Shown: piece by piece, positions 23,822 to 35,863 of the stretch | Numbering within the stretch: the first letter of the stretch is position 1 | Layout: every line of letters begins with the position of its first letter | From: Anaeromyxobacter sp. | GTDB taxonomy: Bacteria; Myxococcota; Myxococcia; Myxococcales; Anaeromyxobacteraceae | NCBI GenBank assembly: GCA_049840735.1 | Contig: JASGJN010000013.1 | Coordinates: 448,001-512,000 of the forward strand | DNA length: 64,000 nt | Reading direction: 5' to 3' | The notes under the pieces: model-generated | The model's database searches: none | What the model was told of the DNA's origin: nothing | The model's input: the letters and a program-made list of their open reading frames with translations, nothing else | Position numbers and translations under genes: made by a program

Positions 23822-23869
23822 ATACCAAGACGGGTGCTCCCCGGGTACTCTAGACCCGTCTGTGTAAGA
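23822..23869 (+). promoter_or_regulatory. CRISPR leader
   Basis: Less GC-rich 48 bp between cas2 stop and first repeat; AGACGGGT/ACCCGTCT inverted repeat. Confidence 0.65.
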
Positions 23870-26339
23870 GGCTCCCCCGCGCCCGCGGGGATCGGCCCTC
23901 GGCGCTGCAGGCCGAGGTGTCCCGGCTGCGGGCTCCCCCGCGCCCGCGGGGATCGGCCCAGGAGCTGCTCGAATCGGCCACCCGGTGATGTTGGCTCCCC
24001 CGCGCCCGCGGGGATCGGCCCTTCCGCTTGGCCGTGACCCGGTTCTCGGGCGTGGCTCCCCCGCGCCCGCGGGGATCGGCCGTCGTCCGGGTCGCTGGGC
24101 GGGCGGCGGCCCCAGGCTCCCCCGCGCCCGCGGGGATCGGCCCGGCAGGGAGGGGGGCGGGGCGCGGTCACCATCGGCTCCCCCGCGCCCGCGGGGATCG
24201 GCCCGCGGCCGGGTCCGTCGGCAGGCTCTCGACCGGGGCTCCCCCGCGCCCGCGGGGATCGGCCCTGCGCGGACCAGCCCGGGCGCCCGTGCACCAGGCT
24301 CCCCCGCGCCCGCGGGGATCGGCCCCGGATCCGGTGGATGTCCTGCGGCTCGCTACGGGCTCCCCCGCGCCCGCGGGGATCGGCCCGCGGGTGCGGAGGC
24401 GCATCAGGCGCGGCGACAGGCTCCCCCGCGCCCGCGGGGATCGGCCCTCGTCGGGCAGCGACGGGCTCACCGCCCGGGTGGCTCCCCCGCGCCCGCGGGG
24501 ATCGGCCCTTCCGCATGCCCCGAGCGATGCGGCGGAGGGTGGCTCCCCCGCGCCCGCGGGGATCGGCCCCCGACCCTGACCACCCTGATCGCCGCCCTGG
24601 GGGCTCCCCCGCGCCCGCGGGGATCGGCCGTTGTCCGGCCCGGTCCCGGCGAAGCGCAAGCCGGCTCCCCCGCGCCCGCGGGGATCGGCCCTCGGCCGCG
24701 TTGGCGTTGGAGCGCCGGGACTGGGCTCCCCCGCGCCCGCGGGGATCGGCCGTGTACGGGTCGGCATTCGGCGCGCACCCTGCCGGCTCCCCCGCGCCCG
24801 CGGGGATCGGCCCGGCAGCTCCTACACCCCGGGCTCGGGCGGCACGGCTCCCCCGCGCCCGCGGGGATCGGCCCGGGCTGACCGCTGGTCCGGCCCCGCT
24901 TCCCGAGGCTCCCCCGCGCCCGCGGGGATCGGCCCAGGACCCCGCGCAGGAAGAGGGCGGCATCCTGGGCTCCCCCGCGCCCGCGGGGATCGGCCCGGCG
25001 GATCGTCTTCACCGCCGTTCCCGCACCAGGCTCCCCCGCGCCCGCGGGGATCGGCCCCGGGTCACCGCCGCAAACCCAGGGATCCTGACGGCTCCCCCGC
25101 GCCCGCGGGGATCGGCCCTCAGCACGGTGGCGCTCTGGTCCTCCGTCCACGGCTCCCCCGCGCCCGCGGGGATCGGCCCACGGGCGGCGACGCGGTGCGG
25201 ACCACGATGGGGGCTCCCCCGCGCCCGCGGGGATCGGCCCGTGCGCCGCACGTCCGTCGAGGTCCGTCCCGGGGCTCCCCCGCGCCCGCGGGGATCGGCC
25301 CCCCTTGCGATTTCGCTTGGTTCGGTTGTGCATGGCTCCCCCGCGCCCGCGGGGATCGGCCCCACTCGGCCAGCCGCCACGCCTCGGCCGCGCTGGCTCC
25401 CCCGCGCCCGCGGGGATCGGCCCTCGAGCGGCGAGACCGGAAGCGGATCCGCGCCGGCTCCCCCGCGCCCGCGGGGATCGGCCCCTTGTCCTTCTCGCCG
25501 GAATCGGTGGGTTTGCGGCTCCCCCGCGCCCGCGGGGATCGGCCCAGGAGCGGGCGCGCCTCATCGAACGGACCCGGGGCTCCCCCGCGCCCGCGGGGAT
25601 CGGCCCGGCGCGCCCTCGTCCGCGGTGAGCCGCCGGAAGGCTCCCCCGCGCCCGCGGGGATCGGCCCTGGATCCGCCTCGGCGGAGACCGGGATCTCCTC
25701 GGCTCCCCCGCGCCCGCGGGGATCGGCCCGGCAACGGCGGGTGGTACTCCGGCGCGGATCCGGCTCCCCCGCGCCCGCGGGGATCGGCCCGGTCCTCGGC
25801 CGCCGGCGACCTGCGAGTCGTCGGCTCCCCCGCGCCCGCGGGGATCGGCCCGACACCACGGCGTGGGTCACGGGCGTGGACGAGGCTCCCCTGCGCCCGC
25901 GGGGATCGGCCCTCTGCTTCTCCGACGTGATCGCGGGCGGCTCGGGCTCCCCCGCGCCCGCGGGGATCGGCCCGGCATGAGCCCCGAGTTCTACCTGCGG
26001 TGGGAGGCTCCCCCGCGCCCGCGGGGATCGGCCCTGGTCCCCGTTCTCCACCAGCCCGAGCTCCTCGGCTCCCCCGCGCCCGCGGGGATCGGCCCCCGGC
26101 GAAGCAGGCGGCAACCTTCTGCCGCATGGCTCCCCCGCGCCCGCGGGGATCGGCCCTGGCTCTCGCGGTCGATCTCCGAGTTGACGGTGGCTCCCCCGCG
26201 CTCGTGGGGATCGGCCCGGTGCCGTCGATCTTGTAGGTGGATCCGATGCGGCCCCCCCGCGCCCGCGGGGATCGGCCGTCCAGTTCACTCGGGCGCCCTC
26301 CGCACCGTTCGGCTCCCCCGCGCCCGAGGGGATCGGCCG
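23870..26339 (+). CRISPR. Type I-E CRISPR array, 41 repeats / 40 spacers
   Basis: Repeat GGCTCCCCCGCGCCCGCGGGGATCGGCC(C/G); spacers 32 bp except one 31 and two 33; variant repeats at 25884, 26189, 26250, 26311 (distal end). Confidence 0.98.
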
Positions 26340-26766
26340 TGAAGCCCTCGATCGGTCGGGGGCAGCGGCTGGCCGCGCGGGGGCTGGCGCCGTCCGCCAA
26401 GCGCTGGAGGCGCCCAGGCTGATCACGTGGGCCGCTGCGACCGGAGGCGAGACTGCGAGGGCACTCGGCGCCGCGCCTGGCGCTCAGGAGGCCGAAGAGG
26501 CCCGCCACGACCCAGCGATTGATCGCAGGCACGGCGCACTTCCGCGCCCGCTTCGGAGACGACGATCGGGGCCGCGCCATCGTTCATCGCTGGCTCGAGC
26601 CGGAGTGGAACGGGGAGCGGCAGCTCGCGGCCCAGGCGCTGAGGAGTCTCGAGGGATCGCGTGAGCCGACCGTCACGGGGGATGGGTCGCGCTGATCGCT
26701 CCGCGGGTTGGACTCCAGCGTCCGGAGCCTTCGCCAGCGCGCCGCCGGAGCAGTTCCCCCAACACC

Positions 26767-27522
<756 letters not shown>

Positions 27523-27849
27523 GGGCGGGCACCATACCTACCCCATCCGCGACCTGTACACCTGCCATGCCGGATGCACGCAGGGGGGCACCGCCTTCCG
27601 GCCCCGCCCCGCTGGGCGCGAGTGCCCTCGCAGACTTCAGGCGGGCGAGCTGCTGGCGCGGACGCGAACTGACCGAACAGCTACTAGGAGCTGGAACCGA
27701 GGGCGCGCCCGCCGTTCCCGCAGGAGCCGACGCACCCGAACCACGCCTGCGCGACAGCACAGGCCTTCGCCGGCGAGGTCACACCGTGAACGAGCTGCGC
27801 CGAGGCCGTCGAAGGTGAAGGGGCGCTCTCCCGCAGGCGACGCCCTGCC

Positions 27850-28073
27850 GCTGTCCGACTCCGCGACGCCGCGTGACGCCTCGGCGGGCGAGGATGACGC
27901 GCCTGGCTTCCGTGGCTTCGAGGCGATGGTGCGGGCGCGAGGCCCCTCTCCCCGTGGACGCGCACGTCGTCGGCGAGCCCGTCACGGTGACGGAGGTGCA
28001 CTACCCCGACCTGCCGCGCGTCGGGCTCGTGGCGACGTGCCAGCGCGGTGGCCTCGCCTACGACGTGAGCTAA
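27850..28073 (+). pseudogene. Possible degraded gene fragment
   Basis: Protein-like LPVDAHVVGEPVTVTEVHY..LVATCQRG with no coherent start; family not established. Confidence 0.3.
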
Positions 28074-28194
28074 TCGAACAGGCGAGCAAGTGGCTGCACG
28101 ACAAGGCGTTCCGGCGCATCTGGCACGCGAGGTCGCTTCGCCGCACTCAACTGGAGCAGCACGACGCCTGACCCACCAAGCCTGCTCGTGGACC

Positions 28195-28464
28195 TTACCT
28201 CCGCTTGCGCCCCTTCCCCGCCGCCGACCACCCGAACTCCTCCTCGTGGCAGACGCCGTCGAGGTCGAGCGCGCGCTCCTGCATGTACCGCTGCGCGTCG
28301 CGGATGGCCTGGTTGTAGACGGTGGGCGCGAGCTCCTCGAGGAAGAAGCGGAGCAGCCCCTCGGCCTTCAGGTCACCGAGGTCCTGCTCCAGCTCCTCCT
28401 CCGCGTACCGCTTGATGGAGGCGATGGCCTGCTGGCGGAGGTCCTTGTCGAGCTCGATGGGCAT
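28195..28464 (-). CDS. DUF2164 family protein
   Basis: AIASIKRY..GDLKA..FFLEELAPTVYNQAIRDAQ. Confidence 0.85.
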   Translation of the reverse strand: MPIELDKDLRQQAIASIKRYAEEELEQDLGDLKAEGLLRFFLEELAPTVYNQAIRDAQRYMQERALDLDGVCHEEEFGWSAAGKGRKRR

Positions 28465-28495
28465 CTTTCCGCTCCTCGGCGGCTGCGTTGCGAGG

Positions 28496-28550
28496 CCCTG
28501 GCCTTCGACTCCGCCGCGGCGTGGCCGCGGCTACGCTCAGGCCGAACGGG
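28496..28550 (+). repeat. REP-like repeat, full copy
   Basis: CCCTGGCCTTCGACTCCG-hairpin-CTACGCTCAGGCCGAACGGG. Confidence 0.75.
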
Positions 28551-28569
28551 GGTGGGCTCATGGCGCCCG

Positions 28570-28749
28570 GGGGTTGCTGGGGTTGCTGGGGTTGCTGGGG
28601 TTGCTGGGGGTGCTGGGGGTGCTGGGGCCGCTGGGGTTGCTGGGGCCGCTGGGGTTGCTGGGGTTGCTGGGGCCGCTGGGGTTGCTGGGGCCGCTGGGGT
28701 TGCTGGGGCCGCTGGGGTTGCTGGGGCCGCTGGGGTTGCTGGGGCCGCT
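28570..28749. repeat. 9-bp tandem repeat, 20 units
   Basis: Units GGGGTTGCT / GGGGCCGCT / GGGGGTGCT. Confidence 0.95.
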
Positions 28750-28811
28750 GGGCAACATGGTCGACCGTGACCATCTCCGCCCGATTCAAGTTCGAGCGTG
28801 CCCCGCCACGC

Positions 28812-28867
28812 CCCGTTCGCCCTGAGCGTAGCGGGCCCGGCAGGGCCCGCGGAGTCGAAGGGCAGGG
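28812..28867 (-). repeat. REP-like repeat, full copy, inverted relative to the 28496 copy
   Basis: Minus strand CCCTGCCCTTCGACTCCG-hairpin-CTACGCTCAGGGCGAACGGG. Confidence 0.75.
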
Positions 28868-28910
28868 ACCTGCTCGCTGCATCCCCCAGAGCACGAACGA
28901 CAGCATCACC

Positions 28911-30149
28911 CTACCCCAGGTTCATCCGGAACCGCTTCGCCGCCACGGTGAAGATGCTCGCGCCGATCACGGCCAGGGCGAGGAGCGGCGCGGCCAGGTC
29001 GGCCAGGCCGGCGCCGCGCATGAGCACGCTGCGCGACACCTCGGCGTAGTGGCGGACGGGGTTCACCCAGGTGACCCACTGCAGCCACTCGGGCATGGCG
29101 TGCACCGGGCTCATGATGCCGGAGAGCAGGATGGCGGGCAGGAGGAACAGGAAGCCGCCCAGGAAGGCCTGCTGCTGGGTCTTCGACACGGTGGAGATGA
29201 AGAGGCCGACGCCGAGCGTGGTGAGCAGGTAGAGCACCGTCCCGAAGGCCAGCACCAGGAGCGAGCCGCGGATGGGCACGCCGAAGACCCAGGTGCCGGC
29301 GGCCACCAGCAGCATCACGTCCACGAAGCCGATCACCACGTAGGGCAGGATCTTCCCGGCCAGCAGCCAGACCGGGCGGATGGGGGTCACCATCACCTGC
29401 TCCAGCGTGCCGGTATCGCGCTCGCGGGCCAGGCCCATGGCGGTGACGATGGTGGTCACCACCAGCAGCAGCATGGCGGCGATGCCGGGGATCATGTACG
29501 GCGGGGTCTTGAGCTCGGGGTTGTAGTGGAGCCGCGGCGCGACGGCGAGCTGGGCGGGCGGCGCCAGGCCGCGGGCGGCCAGCCGCTCGCGCATCAGCGC
29601 CGCGCCGGCCTGGCCGAAGTACCCGGCGGCGGCGGCGGCGGCCACGGTGGAGCGGTTGGGGTCGGAGCCGTCGAGGATCACCTGCACCTCGGCCGGACGC
29701 CCGGCGGCCAGGTCGGCGGCGAGGCGCGGGGGGAGGATCACCGCCGCGGCGGCCTCGCCGTCGTCCAGCGCCTGGTCGGCCTCGGCGGCGCCGGGGCGCT
29801 CGCCGGCGCGCAGCAGCGTGCCGTCGGCCAGCAGCCGGCGGGTGTGCTCGCGCGAGACGTCGGTGCGGTCCTGGTCCACCACCACGGTGGGCACCCGGTC
29901 CACGGTGAAGTCCACCGAGAAGCCCAGCACCACGGTCTGGATCAGCGGCGCGGCGATGAGCATGAACATCATGCGCCGGTCGCGGATGGTCTGGCGGACC
30001 TCCTTGCGGAAGACGGCGGCCAGCTGCACGCGCCAGTGGGGGCGGCGCAGGGCCCTGCCCTTCGACTTCGCGAGCCCTGCGGGCTCGCTACGCTCAGGGC
30101 GAACGGGGGCAGTGGGGCGAACGGGATCGTGGTGGGGATCGGCGGTCAC
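28911..30149 (-). CDS. ABC-2 permease (YbhR-like)
   Basis: KEVRQTIRD, ARERDTGTLEQVMVTP, PAILLSG; GTG overlaps upstream stop. Confidence 0.9.
   Translation of the reverse strand: MTADPHHDPVRPTAPVRPERSEPAGLAKSKGRALRRPHWRVQLAAVFRKEVRQTIRDRRMMFMLIAAPLIQTVVLGFSVDFTVDRVPTVVVDQDRTDVSREHTRRLLADGTLLRAGERPGAAEADQALDDGEAAAAVILPPRLAADLAAGRPAEVQVILDGSDPNRSTVAAAAAAGYFGQAGAALMRERLAARGLAPPAQLAVAPRLHYNPELKTPPYMIPGIAAMLLLVVTTIVTAMGLARERDTGTLEQVMVTPIRPVWLLAGKILPYVVIGFVDVMLLVAAGTWVFGVPIRGSLLVLAFGTVLYLLTTLGVGLFISTVSKTQQQAFLGGFLFLLPAILLSGIMSPVHAMPEWLQWVTWVNPVRHYAEVSRSVLMRGAGLADLAAPLLALAVIGASIFTVAAKRFRMNLG
30053..30107 (+). repeat. REP-like repeat lying inside the permease 5' coding region
   Basis: CCCTGCCCTTCGACTTCG-hairpin-CTACGCTCAGGGCGAACGGG. 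Confidence 0.75.
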
Positions 30150-31276
30150 GCGAGCCTCCGCTGGAACCGCGCGGTGGCCAGCCCCACGATGGCCACGGCG
30201 AAGAGGGCCACGGCCAGGAGGTCGGGCCAGAGCACGTCCAGCCCGGCGCCCTTGAGCAGGATCCCGCGCAGCGCGTGGACCAGGTAGCGGGCCGGGATCA
30301 CGCGCGAGATGAGCTGCAGGGGCAGCGCCATGTTCTCGATGGGGAAGACCATGCCGGAGAGGAGCAGCGAGGGGAGCAGCGCCGAGAGCACCCCGGCCTG
30401 GGTGGCCACCAGCTGGTTCTTGGTGACCACCGAGACCAGCAGCCCCTGCCCCAGCATGCCCACCAGGAAGAAGAAGCCGATGGTGAAGAGCAGGACGGCG
30501 CTGCCGCGCACCGGCACGTCGAAGACCACCGCGCCGAACGCCACCACCAGCTGGAGCGAGAGCATGCCCAGCACCAGGTAGGGGATGAGCTTGCCCACGA
30601 TGATCTCCAGGCGGCCCACCGGCGAGGCGAAGAGCTGCTCCATCGAGCCGCGCTCCCACTCGCCGGCCACGGTCAGCGCGGTCAGGAGCACGGCGGTGAT
30701 GGCCAGGATGTAGGCCGCCAGCCCGGGCACCATGAAGAGCGCGGTCCGGCCCTCGGGGTTGTAGCGGGTCCAGACCTTGACCGAGAGCGGCGGCGCCGCG
30801 GCGGCGCGCGCCGGGAGCAGCCCCTGGCTGGCGGCCCGCACCAGCCCGTCGGCCTTGGAGAGCACCTGGTTGGCCACGGTCACGTCCGACCCGTCCACCA
30901 AGAGCTGCAGCTCCACCCGCTCGCCGCGCGCCACCTGCTCCGCGTAGCCCACCGGCACCACCAGCACCGCCGAGGCCTGGCGGCGCCGGAAGAGCCGGTC
31001 GGCGTCCTCCGGCCGGGCCTCGCCGGCGAAGGCCAGCTCGCCGGGGGCGGTCAGCTCCCGCACCAGCGCCCGCGAGGCCTGGGTGCGGTCGCGGTCGGCC
31101 ACCGCCAGCGGGACGTGGTCCAGGTCGAAGGAGACGCCGTAGCCGAAGAGGAGCAGCATCAGCACCGGCATGGCCAGCGCCAGGTAGAGCGTGCGCGGGT
31201 CGCGCAGCACGTGCAGCGTCTCCTTCGACGCCATGGCGCCGATCCGCACCAGCGACCGCCTCAGGGCCGGGTTCAC
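30146..31276 (-). CDS. ABC-2 permease (YbhS-like)
   Basis: KETLHVLRDPRT, EWERGSMEQL, LLSGMVFPIENM. Confidence 0.9.
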   Translation of the reverse strand: MNPALRRSLVRIGAMASKETLHVLRDPRTLYLALAMPVLMLLLFGYGVSFDLDHVPLAVADRDRTQASRALVRELTAPGELAFAGEARPEDADRLFRRRQASAVLVVPVGYAEQVARGERVELQLLVDGSDVTVANQVLSKADGLVRAASQGLLPARAAAAPPLSVKVWTRYNPEGRTALFMVPGLAAYILAITAVLLTALTVAGEWERGSMEQLFASPVGRLEIIVGKLIPYLVLGMLSLQLVVAFGAVVFDVPVRGSAVLLFTIGFFFLVGMLGQGLLVSVVTKNQLVATQAGVLSALLPSLLLSGMVFPIENMALPLQLISRVIPARYLVHALRGILLKGAGLDVLWPDLLAVALFAVAIVGLATARFQRRLA

Positions 31277-32240
31277 GCCGCCTCCTCGCCGCGCCCGCCG
31301 GCGCCCACCACGGCCAGGAACACGTCCTCCAGCGACGGCTCGGCCGGCTCCACCGCCACCTCCACCCCGCCCGCCGCGCGCGCCGCCGCCCCCACGTCCT
31401 CCGGGCCGGCGCCGGCCGGGTCGATGCGCAGGTGCAGCGCGGCCCCGAAGCGGATCACGTTGCGCACGCCGGGCAGGCCGCGCAGCCGCTCCACCGCCCC
31501 GGCCAGCTCCCGGCCGCGCACCACCAGCAGCTTCTCCGGCACCCAGGTCCGCTTGAGACCGGCGGGCGTGTCCAGCGCCACCAGCCTGCCGTCCACCATC
31601 AGCCCGATGCGGCGGCAGTACTCGGCCTCGTCGAGGTAGTGGGTGGTGACGAAGATGGTGGTCCCCCCGCGCGCCAGCTCGCGGATCACGCGCCAGAAGG
31701 TGCGCCGCGCCACCGGGTCCACGCCGGCGGTGGGCTCGTCCAGGAAGAGCACCTCCGGCTGTTGCAGGATGGCGCAGGCCAGCGCCAGCCGCTGGCGCAG
31801 GCCGCCGGGCAGGTCGCCGGTGGTGGCGTCGCCCAGGCCGGAGAGGTCGGCCTGGGCCATCACCTCGTCGGCCCGGGCCCGCAGCGCCTTGCCGGAGAGG
31901 CCGTAGGCGCCGCCGAAGAAGAGCAGGTTCTCGCGCACCGGCAGGTCGAGGTAGAGCGAGAACTTCTGCGACATGTAGCCGATGGCGGCCTTGACCGCCT
32001 CCGGGTCCTCGCCCACGTCGTGCCCCGCCACCCGCCCCACGCCGGCGGTGGGCGAGAGGAGCCCGCAGAGCATGCGGATGGTGGTGGACTTGCCGGCGCC
32101 GTTGGCGCCCAGGTAGCCGAAGATCTCGCCGCGCTCCACCTCGAAGGTGACGCGGTCCACGGCCACGAAGTCGCCGAAGCGGCGGGTGAGGTCCCGGGCC
32201 TCGATGGCGGGCCCCGGCCTGCCCTGAGCCTGTCGAAGGG

Positions 32241-32244
<4 letters not shown>
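31273..32244 (-). CDS. ABC ATPase (YbhF C-half-like)
   Basis: GANGAGKST, IGYMSQKFSLY, LDEPTAGVDP. Confidence 0.9.
32218..32240 (-). repeat. REP-like repeat, short form, at ATPase N-terminus
   Basis: CCCTTCGACAGGCTCAGGGCAGG encodes TLRQAQGR. Confidence 0.55.
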
Positions 32245-33164
<920 letters not shown>

Positions 33165-33166
33165 GG

Positions 33167-34207
33167 CTACCTCCCGGTCCCGGGCAGCGTCACCTGCACC
33201 GGCATGCCGGCGCGCAGCTTGCCGCCCGGGTTCTCCACCACCACCTCCACCGGATAGACGAGCCGGTCGCGGTCGGTGCGGGTCTGGATGTTGCGGGGGG
33301 TGAACTCGGCCTCGAGCGAGACGGTGCGGACCGTGCCGGCGAAGACCTGGCCCGGCCAGGCGTCGGCCACCACCTCGGCCTTCGCGCCCGGCTTGACCGC
33401 GCCGATCTCGGCGTTGGGCAGGTAGAAGGTGGCCTTCACCTCGGAGAGGTCCACCAGCCGCACCAGCACCGCGCCGGGCGAGACCAGCTCGCCGGCCTCG
33501 TGCGGCAGGGTCTGGATCTCGGCCGCCCGGGGCGCGCGGAGCTCGCACTCCGCCACCATCAGCTTGGCCCGCTCCACCGCCGCCTGCGCCGCCCGCACCT
33601 GCTCCAGCGCGGCCCGCGCCTGCGCGCCGGTGGCGTGCTTGCCCACCGACGCGGCCCGGGCCTGCTCCTGCGCCGCCGCCGCCTGGGCGCGCGCCGCGCG
33701 GGCCTGGTTGGTGAGCTGGGTGGCGCTGGCCTGCGTCTGGTCGATGCGCGAGGCGGGCACGTCCTGCGTGAGCTTGGCCAGCCGCGCCGCGTCGCGCTCG
33801 GCCGCCTCGGCCTGGGCCAGCAGCGCCGCGGCCTGCGCCCGCGCGGCCTCCTCGGCCGCCTGCGCCGCCACCTCGGAGCGGCCCGAGACCTCCACCTGCG
33901 CCCCCGCCGCCGAGGCCTGCGCCTCGGCCGCGGCCTGGCGCGCCAGCGCCTCCGCCAGCATGGCCTGCGGGTCGGCGCAGTCGAGCCGGACCAGCAGCTG
34001 CCCGGCCTGGACCGCCTGGCCCTCCTTCACCGGCTGCTCGAGGATGCGCGCGCCGACGCGGGAGGCGAGCTCCACGACCGTCCCCTCGATCTCCCCCGTC
34101 CCGCCGGAGGGCGCGGCCAGGGCGCGGGCCTGGGTCCAGAGCCGCAGACCGATGAGCCCGCCCAGCACCACCACCAGGACCCCCAGGATGACCACCACTC
34201 TGCGCAT
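33167..34207 (-). CDS. HlyD-family membrane fusion protein
   Basis: N-terminal TM, lipoyl-like half motifs, coiled coil, AEFTPRNIQT. Confidence 0.9.
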   Translation of the reverse strand: MRRVVVILGVLVVVLGGLIGLRLWTQARALAAPSGGTGEIEGTVVELASRVGARILEQPVKEGQAVQAGQLLVRLDCADPQAMLAEALARQAAAEAQASAAGAQVEVSGRSEVAAQAAEEAARAQAAALLAQAEAAERDAARLAKLTQDVPASRIDQTQASATQLTNQARAARAQAAAAQEQARAASVGKHATGAQARAALEQVRAAQAAVERAKLMVAECELRAPRAAEIQTLPHEAGELVSPGAVLVRLVDLSEVKATFYLPNAEIGAVKPGAKAEVVADAWPGQVFAGTVRTVSLEAEFTPRNIQTRTDRDRLVYPVEVVVENPGGKLRAGMPVQVTLPGTGR

Positions 34208-34275
34208 CGCGTGCTCCCCTCCGCGGTCCCTCCGCGGCTCGACCCGGCGCCGCGCGCCTGGCCCCCTCTCCCCAG

Positions 34276-34290
34276 GCAAGCCGCGTGCCG
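34276..34290 (-). promoter_or_regulatory. sigma54 -24/-12 promoter for the HlyD-ABC operon
   Basis: CGGCAC-GCGGC-TTGC on minus strand about 70 bp before ATG. Confidence 0.7.
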
Positions 34291-34433
34291 CGGGCGCCCC
34301 CGTGGCGCCACGCGGGGTTGGGCCTGGGCGCGCCCGGACCGGGCGTAAGGGAGATCCGACGCCAGGAAGGGGTTCCGACGGCCGCCCGGCGGCCCGGCGC
34401 CGCAAATGCAGCAGGATGGCGCGCCTTGCGACG

Positions 34434-34449
34434 CGGCACCGTCCTTGCT
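34434..34449 (+). promoter_or_regulatory. sigma54 -24/-12 promoter for the TolC-family gene
   Basis: CGGCAC-CGTCC-TTGCT about 40 bp before GTG. Confidence 0.7.
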
Positions 34450-34490
34450 GTGCACTCGCGCGGCGCGGTCCGCGCCTGGAGAACAGCACC

Positions 34491-35813
34491 GTGAACCTGA
34501 CCTGCCTCGCCGCCCTGCTCGCCCTCACCGCCGCCGCGCAGGCCCCGGCGCCCCCCGCCGCCGGGGCCGGGGCGCCCGGCCCGGCCGTGCTCACGCTGGC
34601 GCAGGCGCTGGAGGAGCTGGACCGTCAGAGCCTCTCGCTGGTGCAGGCCCGCAGCCGCGCCGCCGAGGCCAGCGGCCTGGCACGCCAGGCCCTGGCCCCG
34701 CTCCTGCCCTCGCTGGCGGTGGGCGCGAGCTGGGTCCAGAACAGCGACGACGCGGTGATGAACCTCCCCGGCACGCCGCCGCGGGTCATCCCCATCCAGC
34801 CGCTCCACTCCGCCACCGCCTCGGCCTCGGCGCGCCTGCCGCTGGTCGAGCCCAGCGCCTGGTTCGACCTGGCCGCCGCCCGCGACGCGGCCCGCGCCGC
34901 CGACCTGGGCGCCAGCGCCACCCGGCTCACGCTCCGCACCGGCTTCGCGCAGGCCGCGCACCAGGCCGCCGCCACCGAGGAGCTGGTCTCGGCCTCGGAG
35001 CGCGCGGTGGAGAACGCCGCCGAGCTGACCCGGAGCGCCGAGCGGCGCGTGGCGGCGGGGACGGCGGCGCCGCTGGACGCGCTGCGGGCCCGCACCGAGC
35101 TGGTGAAGCGGCAGAGCGACCTGGCCGACGCGCGCGCCGGGCTGGACAAGGCCGAGCTGGCGCTGGGGATCCTGCTGGGCCGGCCGGCGCCGGTCCGCGT
35201 CACCGTGCCGGACGTGGGCGCCCAGCCCGACCCGGCGCCCACCGCCCAGGTGGAGCCGCTGGAGGCGGAGGCCCTGGCCCACCGCCCGGAGCTGGCCGCC
35301 ACGCAGGCGCAGGTCGAGGCGGCGCAGGCCGGCGTCCGCTCCGCCTGGGCGCGGCTGGCCCCGCAGCTCTCGGCCTCGGCCTCCGTGTTCCGCTCCGACA
35401 CGCTGCAGATCACCGAGGAGTACGACGGCTGGCGCGCCACGCTGGACCTGAGCTGGCCGCTCTACGACGGCGGCTTCCGCTACGGCAAGCGCCGCCAGGC
35501 GGAGGCGCAGCTGACCGGGGCCCGGGCCGGCGCCGAGGCGCAGCGGCTGGCGGTGGTGCAGGAGGTGCGGGACGCGGCCCGCGATCTCGAGGTGGCGCGC
35601 GAGCGGCTGCGCCTGGCCGGCACCCAGCGCGACCTGGCGGCGGAGACGCGCGCCTCGGCGCAGCGCTCCTTCGACGCCGGGATCGCCTCCAGCCTGGACG
35701 TGATCGACGCCAACGACCGGCTCTTCCAGGCCGAGACCGGCCTGGCCGGCGCCCGGGCCCGGCTGGCCGCGGCGCGGCTGGCGCTGCTGCGCGCCCTGGG
35801 GCGGGAGGCCTAG
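34491..35813 (+). CDS. TolC-family outer-membrane efflux protein
   Basis: Signal peptide, LTLAQAL, ALAHRPEL, LSWPLYDGG, GIASSLDVIDA. Confidence 0.9.
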   Translation: MNLTCLAALLALTAAAQAPAPPAAGAGAPGPAVLTLAQALEELDRQSLSLVQARSRAAEASGLARQALAPLLPSLAVGASWVQNSDDAVMNLPGTPPRVIPIQPLHSATASASARLPLVEPSAWFDLAAARDAARAADLGASATRLTLRTGFAQAAHQAAATEELVSASERAVENAAELTRSAERRVAAGTAAPLDALRARTELVKRQSDLADARAGLDKAELALGILLGRPAPVRVTVPDVGAQPDPAPTAQVEPLEAEALAHRPELAATQAQVEAAQAGVRSAWARLAPQLSASASVFRSDTLQITEEYDGWRATLDLSWPLYDGGFRYGKRRQAEAQLTGARAGAEAQRLAVVQEVRDAARDLEVARERLRLAGTQRDLAAETRASAQRSFDAGIASSLDVIDANDRLFQAETGLAGARARLAAARLALLRALGREA

Positions 35814-35863
35814 CCATGCTGCGCCGGCGCCGCCCCCGGTCTATCCTGGGCCACGGAGGACGG

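Noticed and set aside
23899..26310. Self-targeting or duplicated spacers
   Set aside because: None noticed by eye; not excluded without alignment
26340..26400. A 42nd degenerate CRISPR repeat
   Set aside because: Sequence at the expected offset does not align convincingly
22858..26580. Long repetitive ORFs (GSPAPAGIG, PRARG)
   Set aside because: Translations of CRISPR repeats
28560..28760. (WGC/WGR)n RiPP precursor
   Set aside because: No leader peptide, clear RBS or adjacent maturase
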